This document shows positions 13,901-27,600 of a DNA stretch of 64,000 nucleotides, piece by piece. Origin of the DNA: Phoronis australis (taxonomy: Eukaryota; Animalia; Phoronida); the NCBI GenBank assembly GCA_002633005.1, contig NMRA01000001.1:3641695-3705694 (forward strand). Direction: 5' to 3'. The notes under the pieces were generated by a model that saw only the letters and a program-made list of their open reading frames with translations, was not told the DNA's origin and did no database searches. Position 1 is the stretch's first letter. The number at the start of each line of letters is the position of its first letter. The translations under genes and the position numbers were made by a program.

Positions 13901-16900
13901 TTTACATAGGCCTCGAGATATTTTTGAAAATCGAGCGGCAAAATCTTAGCCTATAATTGTAATTAGTGATCGTTAATAACTTCACACATTCCACAGAACA
14001 CTCAGACACTATTTGGTGTCAAAAAACATTACTTTCTCTTCAAGTTTTACTTCGACAGTAACTTGAAGGCATCCCGGCTGACAACAAGTTAAACGCAATC
14101 AATTTCATTTGGCCCAGCTCCTCCAAAAGAAAGGATTACTCCTTCTACATATCTCTAGAAAGTTGTCAAGCAATTTTTACGACTCAATACATTGTAGTTT
14201 TGCTTGCAGTTTTACTTGGTCCGGTCTTACCTGTGCCTGACCGAGTGCGCTATGACGTCATCAAACTCATACGCAGAATCGATCTGAATATTTCATAAAG
14301 CCTTTCACTTTTTCTTCAAAGACCGCTTTTCCTGTTCACATTTTTTATGTCTACAATCCTTTTTAGTGCTTTTCACCTTACAAAAACAATTATCTATTCT
14401 TCAGTTGTATCCTCCACTTGGCTAGAACTGAAAGACCGTGACTACGTATTACGCCGGTGTTGCGCCGCCGGGACCACAATTCATTGAGGCTACATTTTGG
14501 TCAATATTTGTAGTGATCGATTGTTGACAAGTTCATGCTGATACCCCAGGATACAGGCAGATCTTTTATGAAATTTCTTTCTTAAGTTTTTCTAATTGTG
14601 ATCGCTACCACTGACGGCTCCAAGCCCAGACCGCAGCATAGGCTACTTAACGCCAATGAAAAGTAATTTATTTCGTTTGACATGTATCCAGCAGCTCCAA
14701 CAAAGCCATTACCCCTTCAACGTGTCTCTAGAAAGTTATCAAAAGTTTTCTGCGACTCAATACACTTCAGTATTCCTTGCAGGTTTACTTGGTCCGGTCT
14801 CGTCACAGGCCGGACCGAGTGGGCTGTCATCTGAAACTGCCGGGTTGGCTACCAGAAGTCTGGACGATATAGTTGACGCCAATGAAAAGTCCAAGCATCC
14901 CCAACAAAACCTTTGACTCTTCTACGTGTTTCNNNNNNNNNNNNNNNNNNNNNNNNNNNNNNNNNNNNNNNNNNNNNNNNNNNNNNNNNNNNNNNNNNNN
15001 NNNNNNNNNNNNNNNNNNNNNNNNNNNNNNNNNNNNNNNNNNNNNNNNNNNNNNNNNNNNNNNNNNNNNNNNNNNNNNNNNNNNNNNNATTTTCTTACAT
15101 GTCATTGCTGTGTGATTTCATTGTTGAACTATCGGAAGTTAACATGAGTATTTTTACTTTGCCTGTTTTCTCGAGTATAGTTTTGAACACAGATCATTTC
15201 AGCCTGTATTGATGTCTTTAGCCAACAAGCTATGTGAAATAAAGTTCTCTGTGACGAAAAACAGTGCTTCCTGTCATTTTTGCTTTTTGCGTGAATGTGT
15301 CCTTTGGTTCAGGGTTACTAGAGTGACCATGCCAGCGACCATGCCAGTACGCCTTCATTATTTCTTAAAGCTGGTTTATATCAATATGCAACCCGAAAAC
15401 AACCCCAATTTAAGAAGAAAACAAAATTTGACAGCTTTTCATATACTCAAACAACATAGGGTTACCCCGTGTCAAGCCACCTGAACGATGCCAGAAAACG
15501 CAGTGGTTTTTGAACAGTGAAAAGCACGAAAAAGCATTGTAGACATCGGAAATGTGAACAGAAGAAGCACTCTTGGGAGAAAAAGTGAAATATCTTAGGG
15601 AATATTCTGATTCTGTCAGTTTGATGACGTCACAGCGCACTTGGTCCGGTTGTGACATACCAGACCAAGTAGAGTTGCAAGTAAAACTACAACTACAGTG
15701 TATTGAGCCTCAAAATTGGTTGATAAATTTCTAAAGACACGTAGAAGAGGTAAAAGTTTCGTTGAAGCTGCTGGGTAAATGTCAAATGAAATTGAATACT
15801 TTACATTGGCTTCAAGTAGGCGTCCGGACCTCTTGCATGTCAACCTGCGAGTTTGATGACGTCACAGCGCACTCGGTCCGGCCGTTGACAGACCGGACCA
15901 AGTAAACTTGCAAGCAAAACTACAGTGCATTAAGCCGTAAAATTGGCTGATAACTTTCTAGAGACACGTAGAAGAGGTAATGGTTTTGTTAGAGTTGCTG
16001 GGTACACGTCAAATGAAATTCATTTCTTTTCATTGGCGTTAAGTATTGTCTCGACCTCCTCAAGTCATGCAGGTATAGCCACTCCAGCCCTATTAAAACT
16101 TAGAAAGAAACTTTATGTTTTGAGACTCTAATAGCTTCGGATTGTATTCTATGGACTCAGCAGAAAGATGTCAACAATCAGTAATTACAACATAGACGAA
16201 AGTTTTGTTACTGAGAATTTTAAAAACATAGTTAGACCGTTGCCAATGAAATAGGGGGTAGGCGCGGCTTCTCAGCGTGGTGTCAAGCTAAGTGAGAGAC
16301 ACAAAAAACGTAATAGTTTTTGAACAGTGAAAAGCACGAAAAACGATTCTAGATATCGAAAATTTTAACAAAAGAAGCCGTAAAAGTAAAATATCTTTTG
16401 TTTCTGCTAGTTTGATCACGTCACAGCGCACTCGGTCCGGCCGTTGACAGACCGGACCAAGTAAACCTGCAAGTAAAACTGCAGTGTATTGAGCCGCAAA
16501 AGTTGGTTAATATCTCTCTTGTGAAAAGCAGATGAAAATATTAAAGTAAGATGTGAAATCTAAATGTTTGATTCGTGTCGTTGTGTGTTATATTGGGTGC
16601 TCCCATCCGGCCTGGCTGACCGGTGACCCTTGCAGTTGCTTACGGATACTCTATTTCCTGTTCAAAAGATTAAAATAAAGATTTTTGTCGGCCAGAGTTA
16701 TTTTGGCGCCACATGCTCATAAAAATGAAATCTTATTTCAAAACAACGTATTTGGTGGAACCGTTCATATTATAACACTATGGCAAACATTCAGTTATCA
16801 ACGGTACCTTGCAACTCGGTCGGAGGTATCTACTTGGTCTGCTAGGTCCGACCATGTAAGCCGACCAAGTTAACTTGGTCGAGTGGCCTACTTGGTCTGC

Positions 16901-19900
16901 AGCACGTGCACCACCAAATGATTAAATGTTCGTGCGTGTGATTCGATAATCGCGTGTATGATTTTGTGTTCGCATGCATTATTTTAGTGGTTAGGGGGCA
17001 TGATTTTTGTTCGTATGCGTGAATTTTGGTTCACATGCATGATTCAGGGGTTCGTATGCATGATTCATAGGTTCGTAGGTGGTTCGTGCGTAAGATGCGA
17101 TGCTCGTGTGTATGATTCTATGGTACCCCTGAAAAGTTAATTGCACGATCATTTGTCATATCAGTATTTGAACTTAAATGGTGTTTTCTTGATAGCTAAA
17201 GCATTGCTAGAACTATCTTGATTGTCCTTTACATCTATTAAATAACTAAAATCCGTTCGAGGAAGGCTTTTATAAATGGTTTCCAAATATAATTTTCACT
17301 TTTCACAAAACATCCAACGAAATTACTCAATAAACTTCACTAAACTTCGTTCACCAACAGCGTTTCTTCGAAGCTGTGCATCTGAGTTCGCCGAGTTTCG
17401 ATGTCAAAATGCTTAGCCCGCTCTGAAAATGGTCTCAGCCATGAATCATATCCAGTGGACTGGAGAGATTCCATGACTACGAGAAGAAGACCAAGAACTA
17501 CATTTTGTTGAAGTCAGGGCTCAATAATCTGGAATTTACAGGCTCGTTATTTCATGTGACGAGTGCAGTGGTACTGGGAATATAGCAGGAATATACTTAC
17601 CCATATTTTCGCAGTGTGGATATCCAAAATTTGAATCAGGTCTGTCTGTGTTGTTCAAACACAGGAAGTCATAAACATATGTGTTGTCAGTACAAGAAAG
17701 CCCAACCTTTGAAACCAGCGAATCATCACCCCCATGGGGTTCGCAATATAACGTGCAGTTGACACGTGGTTTCCAGTTACCATCGCTGTCACAATACAGC
17801 ACATCAATGTCTTTCGGTGAACTGTTCCGTGGGATGTGGCATGACCGCAGCCAGAAAGTCCCGTATGTGTTGTTCACCTGGGAGACGGCCACGTGCCATC
17901 TAGTATGAATGACATCGGTGTCGCACCTGACAGGCAAGCACACAGGGAGTGGCGTCCATGCGCTATTTTGGGTACACGTTGACGAGTTTCCGTGCTCGAG
18001 ATAATATCCTGGATGGCACGAGTAGTTGGCTACTTCTCCAAAACAAACTCCGCTATACATAACTCTTCCGTTAGCCACTTGAGGTGGAGGACCACACTCT
18101 GCAATCATGATGCAGTTATGGGATGACTTTTATTTCAACTAAGTTCGGGCATGACAGAAATAAAAGCTGGGAAAGAGAGTGGCATGGATTAGGGGAATTT
18201 ATATTGTTTGGCTTCCGTTTACAGCCACTTCCTCTATTATCCAGTGACAAAACAAAACTATTGCTGAGCAATGCGAAATGTCCAGCTCTAACGACCATCT
18301 TTTACGTTTACTACATACACTGCAAAGACATAAGAGCACGGGCGTCATCTTCTCCGGAAAGTTCTCTTGGAATTTAAAGCGGCAGTTGTCACAGTGGTTT
18401 CTATTATTTAGAAAAGTGTAAGCTGTAAAATGATCTCTATGAAGATAATATTAAATCGCACGAATGCATTGTTGTATTATTAACGATCATGATTGTCTAA
18501 TCCTAATTGACTGTCTATCCTTCATTTACACTTGACCAAAGTTTGAGTCAGAATTCGAAGTCTCGAGATTTTTCGAGTATCTCGAATGGAGTGGTGACCA
18601 CGCCCAAATTTGTAACAGATACTCATCTACGTAAACCACGAGCTCGCATTTTCACGAAAGACGTCGCTCTAGTCGTCATGCACGTAGTGTTGGTTTCTCG
18701 CTGGTTCCCTGCGTGCCGGTAGGTGGTCAGTAGCCAGCGTGCTGGCTAGGCACGTAGGGGACCAGCGAGTGTTGGCTTACGTTGTAAACGATGAACTCGA
18801 GCACAGAATGATAGCGCCACCTATACTACCTTTCAGCACAGTGAAAGAGTATGCTTGTGATAATGAACCCCCGCACGTTCCTGGTCAGAGCGATAAAGAG
18901 CTGTCAATTATTTTTGCAAGTCAAGAAATCACACTTAATTTGACCCCCTGTCTACACACTAGAATTTTTGTACGCGACGATTATGTAATCGACTGTCGTA
19001 TACGAGTGTGAAGACAGCCGGGCTTGTGGGACAATTTGAGGACAATTTCATGCCTGTTCTGTAAGTGGTCTGAAACGTTAGCTTGGTCTCTAGGGTGCAA
19101 GACGTTGCCACTCTTCTCTCAGTGCTGGTATGCCTCTACCTGTCGGCCCGGCATTTTTCTTCTACCGCACATCAGCAAATGCTCTGTTCTACAACTCTTG
19201 TGTACAGGCCGGCTGCTAAAAGTGCATTAAGCTCGCGTCTTCAGTCAAAATCAAACTTCACACTCAGGACAATTCCTGTAAAAACTTGGGCTCGTTTTGT
19301 ACCTCACTCTGATTAAATCTGATTCGGAGGGCCGGCAGCTGTCTGCTGACTACTTCAGGTCAGGACCATGAACTTTGTTCGCGGGCGCGTTAATAATAGC
19401 TGCTAGCGAAAGCAGGGTGTTTGTCATAGGGATTCCAGTTTGTTTTGTTGTAACCGATTCGATTCAAACAAAGGATAAAAATGAGGTGAAGACCGGGAAG
19501 TTGCATCCGATGGAACAGCAAATATACCACTAATGGAAGCTTTTTTACACCAGAAATGGTTTGAATGGCGGCACTAATAAGCCACACTATAGATTTTACG
19601 GAGAACTGGTTGAAACCGTCACAAGTTTGACTATTGTCTGGTTTTGAAACTTTTGGCTAATTAAGTCCTTTTTATGGCCAAAAGGTATGATTCTTTTTTT
19701 TCCATACTAACGAATTCAAGTGCCAGTACAATTTCCTGTTACAGCAAGTATAATTATATACCAATCGGTTAAATACACACAACGTGACATCCCAAGCAAT
19801 GCCATTGTTTCGAGAAATCAATACTTTTAATTCTGATCTTTGTGTAAATATTTCTTCTTAATAATACCCGCACAAAATCGAAACAGATTTTCCGGAGTTT

Positions 19901-20554
19901 TCGTGAAGTAGGCCTATAAAATTATTTTACATCAATCACCTTCGCAATACGCTGAGCGATCTGTAATACTTTTCCCAACAGGTCATAAAGTTGAATGAAC
20001 CGAGAGATTTCGTTATTACAAAAAACAGAATAATGATACAAGTGTGTTTTTGCTCTATACTCAGTGAAAAACCAGGCTTTATAAGCTAACCGTAGTCATA
20101 GCTACAAATGTTGGACTCATTGCATACTACAAAGTACCTGGGCTGCACGTTGCAACAAGTGTCCATTGTCCAGTCGCTTTACACTGTGGATGAGTGTCGC
20201 CCACAGCACAGTATCCAGGATGACAGTGTATATTCAACGTATAGCTGAGAATGTCAAAAGATTTTTCTACCACGCCATTCGTAACTGATACACTGTCACA
20301 TGTCGTAACTGAAAACAAAAAGCGTTTACTTTGTATTTTAGTCATGAAATTCATTAATCGTAGGTCCTTTCGGAAACTGGTGGGCACCCAAACTTAAAGC
20401 AACATTGCGCCTGCACTGGTGTGGCTACAACGTTGGGACACGTATATTTATTTCAACAGGCCTTTGTACGGACAGACGGAGACGTCGTAGGCCAAACTGA
20501 TTGTTTGGCATTGCCTTCTTGAGGGCAGACGATATGTGTGTCTGTCTGTCTGTC

Positions 20555-20606
<52 letters not shown>

Positions 20607-21569
20607 TGTGTGTGTGTGTGTGTGTGTGTNNNNNNNNNNNNNNNNNNNNNNNNNNNNNNNNNNNNNNNNNNNNNNNNNNNNNNNNNNNNNNNNNNNNNNN
20701 NNNNNNNNNNNNNNNNNNNNNNNNNNNNNNNNNNNNNNNNNNNNNNNNNNNNNNNNNNNNNNNNNNNNNNNNNNNNNNNNNNNNNNNNNNNNNNNNNNNN
20801 NNNNNNNNNNNNNNNNNNNNNNNNNNNNNNNNNNNNNNNNNNNNNNNNNNNNNNNNNNNNNNNNNNNNNNNNNNNNNNNNNNNNNNNNNNNNNNNNNNNN
20901 NNNNNNNNNNNNNNNNNNNNNNNNNNNNNNNNNNNNNNNNNNNNNNNNNNNNNNNNNNNNNNNNNNNNNNNNNNNNNNNNNNNNNNNNNNNNNNNNNNNN
21001 NNNNNNNNNNNNNNNNNNNNNNNNNNNNNNNNNNNNNNNNNNNNNNNNNNNNNNNNNNNNNNNNNNNNNNNNNNNNNNNNNNNNNNNNNNNNNNNNNNNN
21101 NNNNNNNNNNNNNNNNNNNNNNNNNNNNNNNNNNNNNNNNNNNNNNNNNNNNNNNNNNNNNNNNNNNNNNNNNNNNNNNNNNNNNNNNNNNNNNNNNNNN
21201 NNNNNNNNNNNNNNNNNNNNNNNNNNNNNNNNNNNNNNNNNNNNNNNNNNNNNNNNNNNNNNNNNNNNNNNNNNNNNNNNNNNNNNNNNNNNNNNNNNNN
21301 NNNNNNNNNNNNNNNNNNNNNNNNNNNNNNNNNNNNNNNNNNNNNNNNNNNNNNNNNNNNNNNNNNNNNNNNNNNNNNNNNNNNNNNNNNNNNNNNNNNN
21401 NNNNNNNNNNNNNNNNNNNNNNNNNNNNNNNNNNNNNNNNNNNNNNNNNNNNNNNNNNNNNNNNNNNNNNNNNNNNNNNNNNNNNNNNNNNNNNNNNNNN
21501 NNNNNNNNNNNNNNGATGATGATGATGATGATGGTGATGATGATGGTGATGGTGAGGATGATGATGACT

Positions 21570-21600
<31 letters not shown>

Positions 21601-24600
21601 CGACGACGACGACGACGACGACGATGATGATGATGATTTGCGGTTACCTTAAGACCAGCGTTGGCGAATCCTCGGTGAAAACAAAGTTGCATACAGTTTC
21701 TCGCAGTATTCGAGGTGTTGCTGTTGCTTGCCAGGACTGTCAAATCGTGATAATCGTCAACTTTATAACAACCGAGTTCCTCTGTAAGTCAAATTCAAAT
21801 CTAATATATCATATATTTGTAAACAAAAAAGATTAATGCAGTCCACTGTGTCCACGTTTAATACGATGCATAACCAGGGCCGTAGGAAGCGGGGGCCGGG
21901 GGGCACGCCCCCCAAAAAAAAATTTTCAGGCGTCAGGGTTCAACCGTGGCAACCGACATACGCATGGGGCGGGGACAGTCGAGAAAAGAAAGAGTGGTAA
22001 ATGCGGATAAGAGAGAAAAATCAAGAGAAACATTTAACAACTCTGTATGAGCGCACGGTTTATCTTTGGGGACCCTGGCCAGGACATTGTTGTTGGGGTC
22101 TGTGCTTTCGCAGCACAGGTCGTCTAAACGCATTTAAAAATTTGCACGTAATGATTCATGCATTGTATTCCGAAAAATCGAAAAAATGTAAAGCGAAGCT
22201 TTTGCGGAGCGTATTAATTTACTTGATTTTTAAATTCAATAAGTCAAAATTTTGCGACTGCAAAACCATATTATCCAATGATGTCATTGGTTTCACACGC
22301 AGTCTGTTGAGCAGTTCACAACACGGGTTACTGGTGTCAGCTTATCGCTTGAATTCATCGTTGAACACCAATAAATCATCAAACTTCGATGTAAAACCCT
22401 AAAAAATACACCGAGTAATTGTAAAAACGTGTTGTTTTATTTCGCTGTTGCGGATTTATTGGTATTTGGACACATCGTAGGCTACAAAGTTCGGCAGACC
22501 AATTTACCAAGGTCCGTAGCAGGAGTTTGGGGTCTGTTCGGAGATAAATTCAAAGTATTCTTCCGTGAAATACAAACAGTAGAAGCTAGATCTTTGTTGT
22601 TTAGACTTGTGATTTTTTTAATTATAAACACACAAAACGCTTGTTATCCCGGTCAGTGGCTCGGAACCCGATCAGGCCCGTCGCGGCCGCCGGGACTGGC
22701 ACGAACATAAACCAGCTTGAGTTGGAAACTAAACCTCCAATCACAAAAAAACTATAATAGTGAGCCAAAGAAATAATGTGCATGTAATTATTGATGTGAA
22801 TTAGCCACGAAACTGAAAATCTACTTACTTGTCGGGGGCCGCGAAGTCGGGTTCCCCTTCCACAATGAGGGCAAAGGTTGTAAAGTAATAATGATTTGAA
22901 TAATGTATTTGTATTTATAAATAAAGATTCTCCTAATTAAATCGGGTGGCATTCTCCTTTAAGAAATGATGGCGATTCAGGAAATTTAGTTGAAGCCTGG
23001 ACATGGAAAAAAATCTACAACCAGAACCCCAAATAGTAAAGTGCACCTGGATGCTTTTTGCCTATCTAAAATGAGTCTCAAAGACATTGGTGAAATTTGG
23101 TCACTTCCCAAAAATTTACCCACAATTCAAATGACAATAAATACATTGCTTTTTTGACTTCGGTACAAGATTTGTTGTTTAAACTCACTAACAGGGAATC
23201 AAAAGAGAATTAAGTCATTAAATCAAGGTAAACGCATTGCTCATGGATTAGATGGTTGGTTTCTGATTTGCATGTTTATGTATCTATGAAAGTGGACTGA
23301 TTGACGGATGATTTTTTGACAATTAGAAGCTAATTTTGTAGAAATGAGAATTCTTCAATGAACTTAGTTGCAAGTAGACACCGAGAAAATTCGCTCTATC
23401 ATCAGGGCTGGGTTGCAAAATTATCCGCTGGATAAATTTGATTGTTTCATGACATCAAGTAGATTGTTCAACAATAACAACGTGATAATGTGACGTCATT
23501 GTTGCGGCGCATAACTTTTATGCAACAGGGCCCAGTGCCCGGTTGCATGAAACAGTTCCAAACAGGGACCCAACTAAGGTCCCTAAGTCTTTTTGGGTAT
23601 TTGTGTCTTTATGAACTCAAAGATGCAATATTTTTCTACCATTTCATCTTTATTATGAGCTCCTCTTTGATTAATGACATTTTCTAATAATGTAACTAAA
23701 AACTGAGCCCTGAGTTCACTGAAAATAAATAGGGACTCGTTCCTTAAATTGGGAGTGTTGCATGAAAAGATCCCTGTTTATTTTCAATAAATTTGACAAT
23801 TCAACGTAGAGTTCACTCTTGATTTGTAACAAAGTCAAAAGTTGACTTAGTAATGAAACTAAAACAATACAAGAAAGGGCAGTCGACGTTTTCACACGTC
23901 CAAAAACACGCAAAAAATTAAGGGACCTTAGTTGAGTCCCTATTTGGGACTGTTTCATGCAACCGGGCACTGATCCTCAAATATATAAGTACGCTCTAGT
24001 TTGTCTATCTGAAATAAGTCTCAAGGATATTGCTGAATTTCATACAGTTCTACAAAGTGTCCCAAAATCCTCTCACATTCCAAATGACAATAGTTTATTG
24101 GCTTAGAAACTAGATTGGATGCATCGTTCTGCTGCATCTGTGGCAGATTGTCATCCACCTTTACAGTGCAACATGTTATATAACTTTTGTAATTACTGAT
24201 ATCTGTAGTAGTTTAGTTTGTCATAATATATATGACCTTTTATCTCAACTACACGTGTTGTTTCACTGTAAACTAGCTTCGGTATCGCTTCGCAGTTAGC
24301 GCATATAAATAAATTCTAATTCATTGGTCATCGACTAGAAAGATTCTATTTGCAGTTCTGTGATGTCTTTGGTTTCCAGTAGTATTGAACAATGATTTTT
24401 TGTTCTTTAAAACTGACTTGTTTGCGTGCATTTCCCGAACATACTACACACACGGCATGCGCGCACCCAGCCTAACATTTTTGAGGATGGGGACCTTTTG
24501 CTAAAGAAAAGACAAAACGGAATGTGGGGTTCGTTCAGAGCTATGATACATGCATACGCCGAATTCCTATCTTTTTAGTGAACTATTGTGTAGTTTTTCT

Positions 24601-27600
24601 CTGACATTTTGTTTCTTTGAGGCGGACCTTTTTGCACACTTTTCCAAATGGGCTCTCCCCATGGGTGCGCGCATGCACGGAACACGTAATAACTGGCACG
24701 CCCACCTTAAAAGTAAGGTGTAACAATGCAGTAGACCTGCGTAGAATATCAGTTACCCACGGGATCTCAACCCCAGACGTTGAAGTGTGTACATTTTTGG
24801 GACACACTCTGTATCATTTCCCCCCAACAACCAGAAATTGGACTACCGGCTGTGTTTCATCTATGGATTCTGAAACGTCCACAAAGGCACTCATTCTAGG
24901 GTACCTCGGGACCTCACCTTTCCAAAAAATTACTAAAAGAAAGGCCATAAATGAAGTTTCCCCGAAATTGGATCAGAAAACAAACCTTGGCCTTCGACCC
25001 AGAGCAGAGGAATACTGGTGCTAATACACTGTTGGAGCCCAACATTCCAGCTACCCGTCAGTACTCTCCGTGAAACTTTGTTGGTTCACGGTTACTCCGG
25101 AGGTTACGGTCACCTGATGGCTGCATCTCCGGTATTACCCCCACCTATGGTGGACGTGGGGGGAGGCTCGGTACAAATATGATGACATATCCAGAGAACG
25201 GGTGGGGGGACTGACTAGGTGGCGATACCAAGGGGATAGGTTGGCGAAGTCAAATTGGTTTNNNNNNNNNNNNNNNNNNNNNNNNNNNNNNNNNNNNNNN
25301 NNNNNNNNNNNNNNNNNNNNNNNNNNNNNNNNNNNNNNNNNNNNNNNNNNNNNNNNNNNNNNNNNNNNNNNNNNNNNNNNNNNNNNNNNNNNNNNNNNNN
25401 NNNNNNNNNNNNNNNNNNNNNNNNNNNNNNNNNNNNNNNNNNNNNNNNNNNNNNNNNNNNNNNNNNNNNNNNNNNNNNNNNNNNNNNNNNNNNNNNNNNN
25501 NNNNNNNNNNNNNNNNNNNNNNNNNNNNNNNNNNNNNNNNNNNNNNNNNNNNNNNNNNNNNNNNNNNNNNNNNNNNNNNNNNNNNNNNNNNNNNNNNNNN
25601 NNNNNNNNNNNNNNNNNNNNNNNNNNNNNNNNNNNNNNNNNNNNNNNNNNNNNNNNNNNNNNNNNNNNNNNNNNNNNNNNNNNNNNNNNNNNNNNNNNNN
25701 NNNNNNNNNNNNNNNNNNNNNNNNNNNNNNNNNNNNNNNNNNNNNNNNNNNNNNNNNNNNNNNNNNNNNNNNNNNNNNNNNNNNNNNNNNNNNNNNNNNN
25801 NNNNNNNNNNNNNNNNNNNNNNNNNNNNNNNNNNNNNNNNNNNNNNNNNNNNNNNNNNNNNNNNNNNNNNNNNNNTTGAATGTGTAATGTAGATCATTTG
25901 TACCTTGAATGTGTAATGTAGATCATTTGTACCTTGAATGTGTAATGTAGATCATTTGTACCTTGAATGTGTAATGTAGATCATTTGTACCTTGAATGTG
26001 TAATGTAGATCATTTGTACCTTGAATGTGTAATGTAGATCATTTATACCTTGAATGTGTAATGTAGATCATTTATACATTGAATGTGTAATGTAGATCAT
26101 TTGTACCTTGAATGTGTAATGTAGATCATTTGTACATTGAATGTGTAATGTAGATCATTTTTGGGCCACGACAGTTCGTATTAAATTAGTTTTGTCCAGT
26201 ATCCCAAATATCTAACCAAGCTAATTTTTGGCCTCCTTGTAAGGTCCCCATGGGACACACCCAGAGTGCAGACACTGGTAGACATTTATTCTGTACATAC
26301 TGGGGTGCACACTAAGTGCTCCGGTGGTCGAATTTTGGTGGCTCGTTCTCCATGCTAAGGGCTGTGGGCTGTCAGTCAATAACTGATGACGCCAACGGCT
26401 TTTGTTTTAGCGAATGACTGGTACCAAAGGCAAGGATTGGAGATTTTTTATAAAAATCAGAAAAAAACACAACAGACTTTGTTGTCTTACATCTATGGTC
26501 AAAACAAATAACTTTAAGAAGTTAACCCCAACCGTCGTAAACAATCCCCAAAAATGTATTTTGTCTTTAAAACCGAAAAAACCTCAAAGTATTGTGGCAG
26601 CTGCAAAACTGAAGTACATCCAGAAATTTTCGATCGCAAAATGAATATTGTGCAATGACAAGACAAACGCTATCTCTAACTGATAATAACTTGTCAAAAA
26701 ATGTTGATTACAATGTTCATACATCTTGGCGTAATATTGGGCACTGACAAACTGAATACTTATGCTTAGGTGTATATGTATCTGTATTTGGCTTTTGGTC
26801 CCGAATGCCTAATATACGACCCGTGCTTTCATCTCCGCTACCATTATGTCTCCTCACATGATCTCGTGTAGATTTAGTTTTTATGTCTGAGCGGTATTTG
26901 TTAGAAAAAAAACGTTATAGCACAACTTTGTTGATTTTTTTTGATAACGCACGATAGGACTCAAAATTTCAAACAATCCCTATATTGCTTTAGAGTTCAA
27001 GTGCTCGTGGAGTTAAACTTATGAATTAATCAAATCGGATCATCACATATCATGGATGGCTGATCCAATTCAAGTTAAACTTTCAGATGCTATGATTTAT
27101 GTACTGTTCCAAAAATGCATGTGCATGCTGTGTCTAAAATGTTTCATTTTTGGAAAAGGTGTCGTCAAATATTACTTTTATGATAGAAAAGTCAAAGATG
27201 CTTAAAATGCCGAAATGGAAAGGAAATTTTGAAAACAGTGATAACGTTATTATATTTCATCTTGAGTATTTAAACAGATTGAAATTCAGTCCTGTTACTA
27301 GTTTTCGTTTCTTTTCTTGGGAGATAACTTTCTTTTTAGACACATTTTACTGAAAATTACTCTCATGTGACTCGATCGCTGTCAAAAAGTCCAAATTTAA
27401 ATTCATGTTTTCTACTTCGAGGAAATGAATACTTTTCGTACACATTTGAATCCTGCAGTTTTGTAAACAATTGGTCAAAGCTAGTCACTTCACGAAGTAA
27501 TCTCAGAAATTGAAATTCGTTTTTCGACTCTAAAATCGAGCATGACTGTCCCTTCGTATCACTGATTTTGAGAACGGATATTTGCAATTTGATATGGCTC

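Noticed and set aside
20448-21836. Long poly-His/Asp/Met ORFs in the ORF track
   Set aside because: Artefacts of microsatellites and the N-gap. Only 21648-21781 is a credible exon.
24617-25260. 135-aa ORF or possible LTR/DIRS fragment before the gap
   Set aside because: No recognisable gag, RT, integrase or recombinase motifs, and no termini visible.
25876-26160. 29-bp repeats as a CRISPR array
   Set aside because: Units are contiguous with no unique spacers, there are no cas genes, and the context is eukaryotic. It is a minisatellite.
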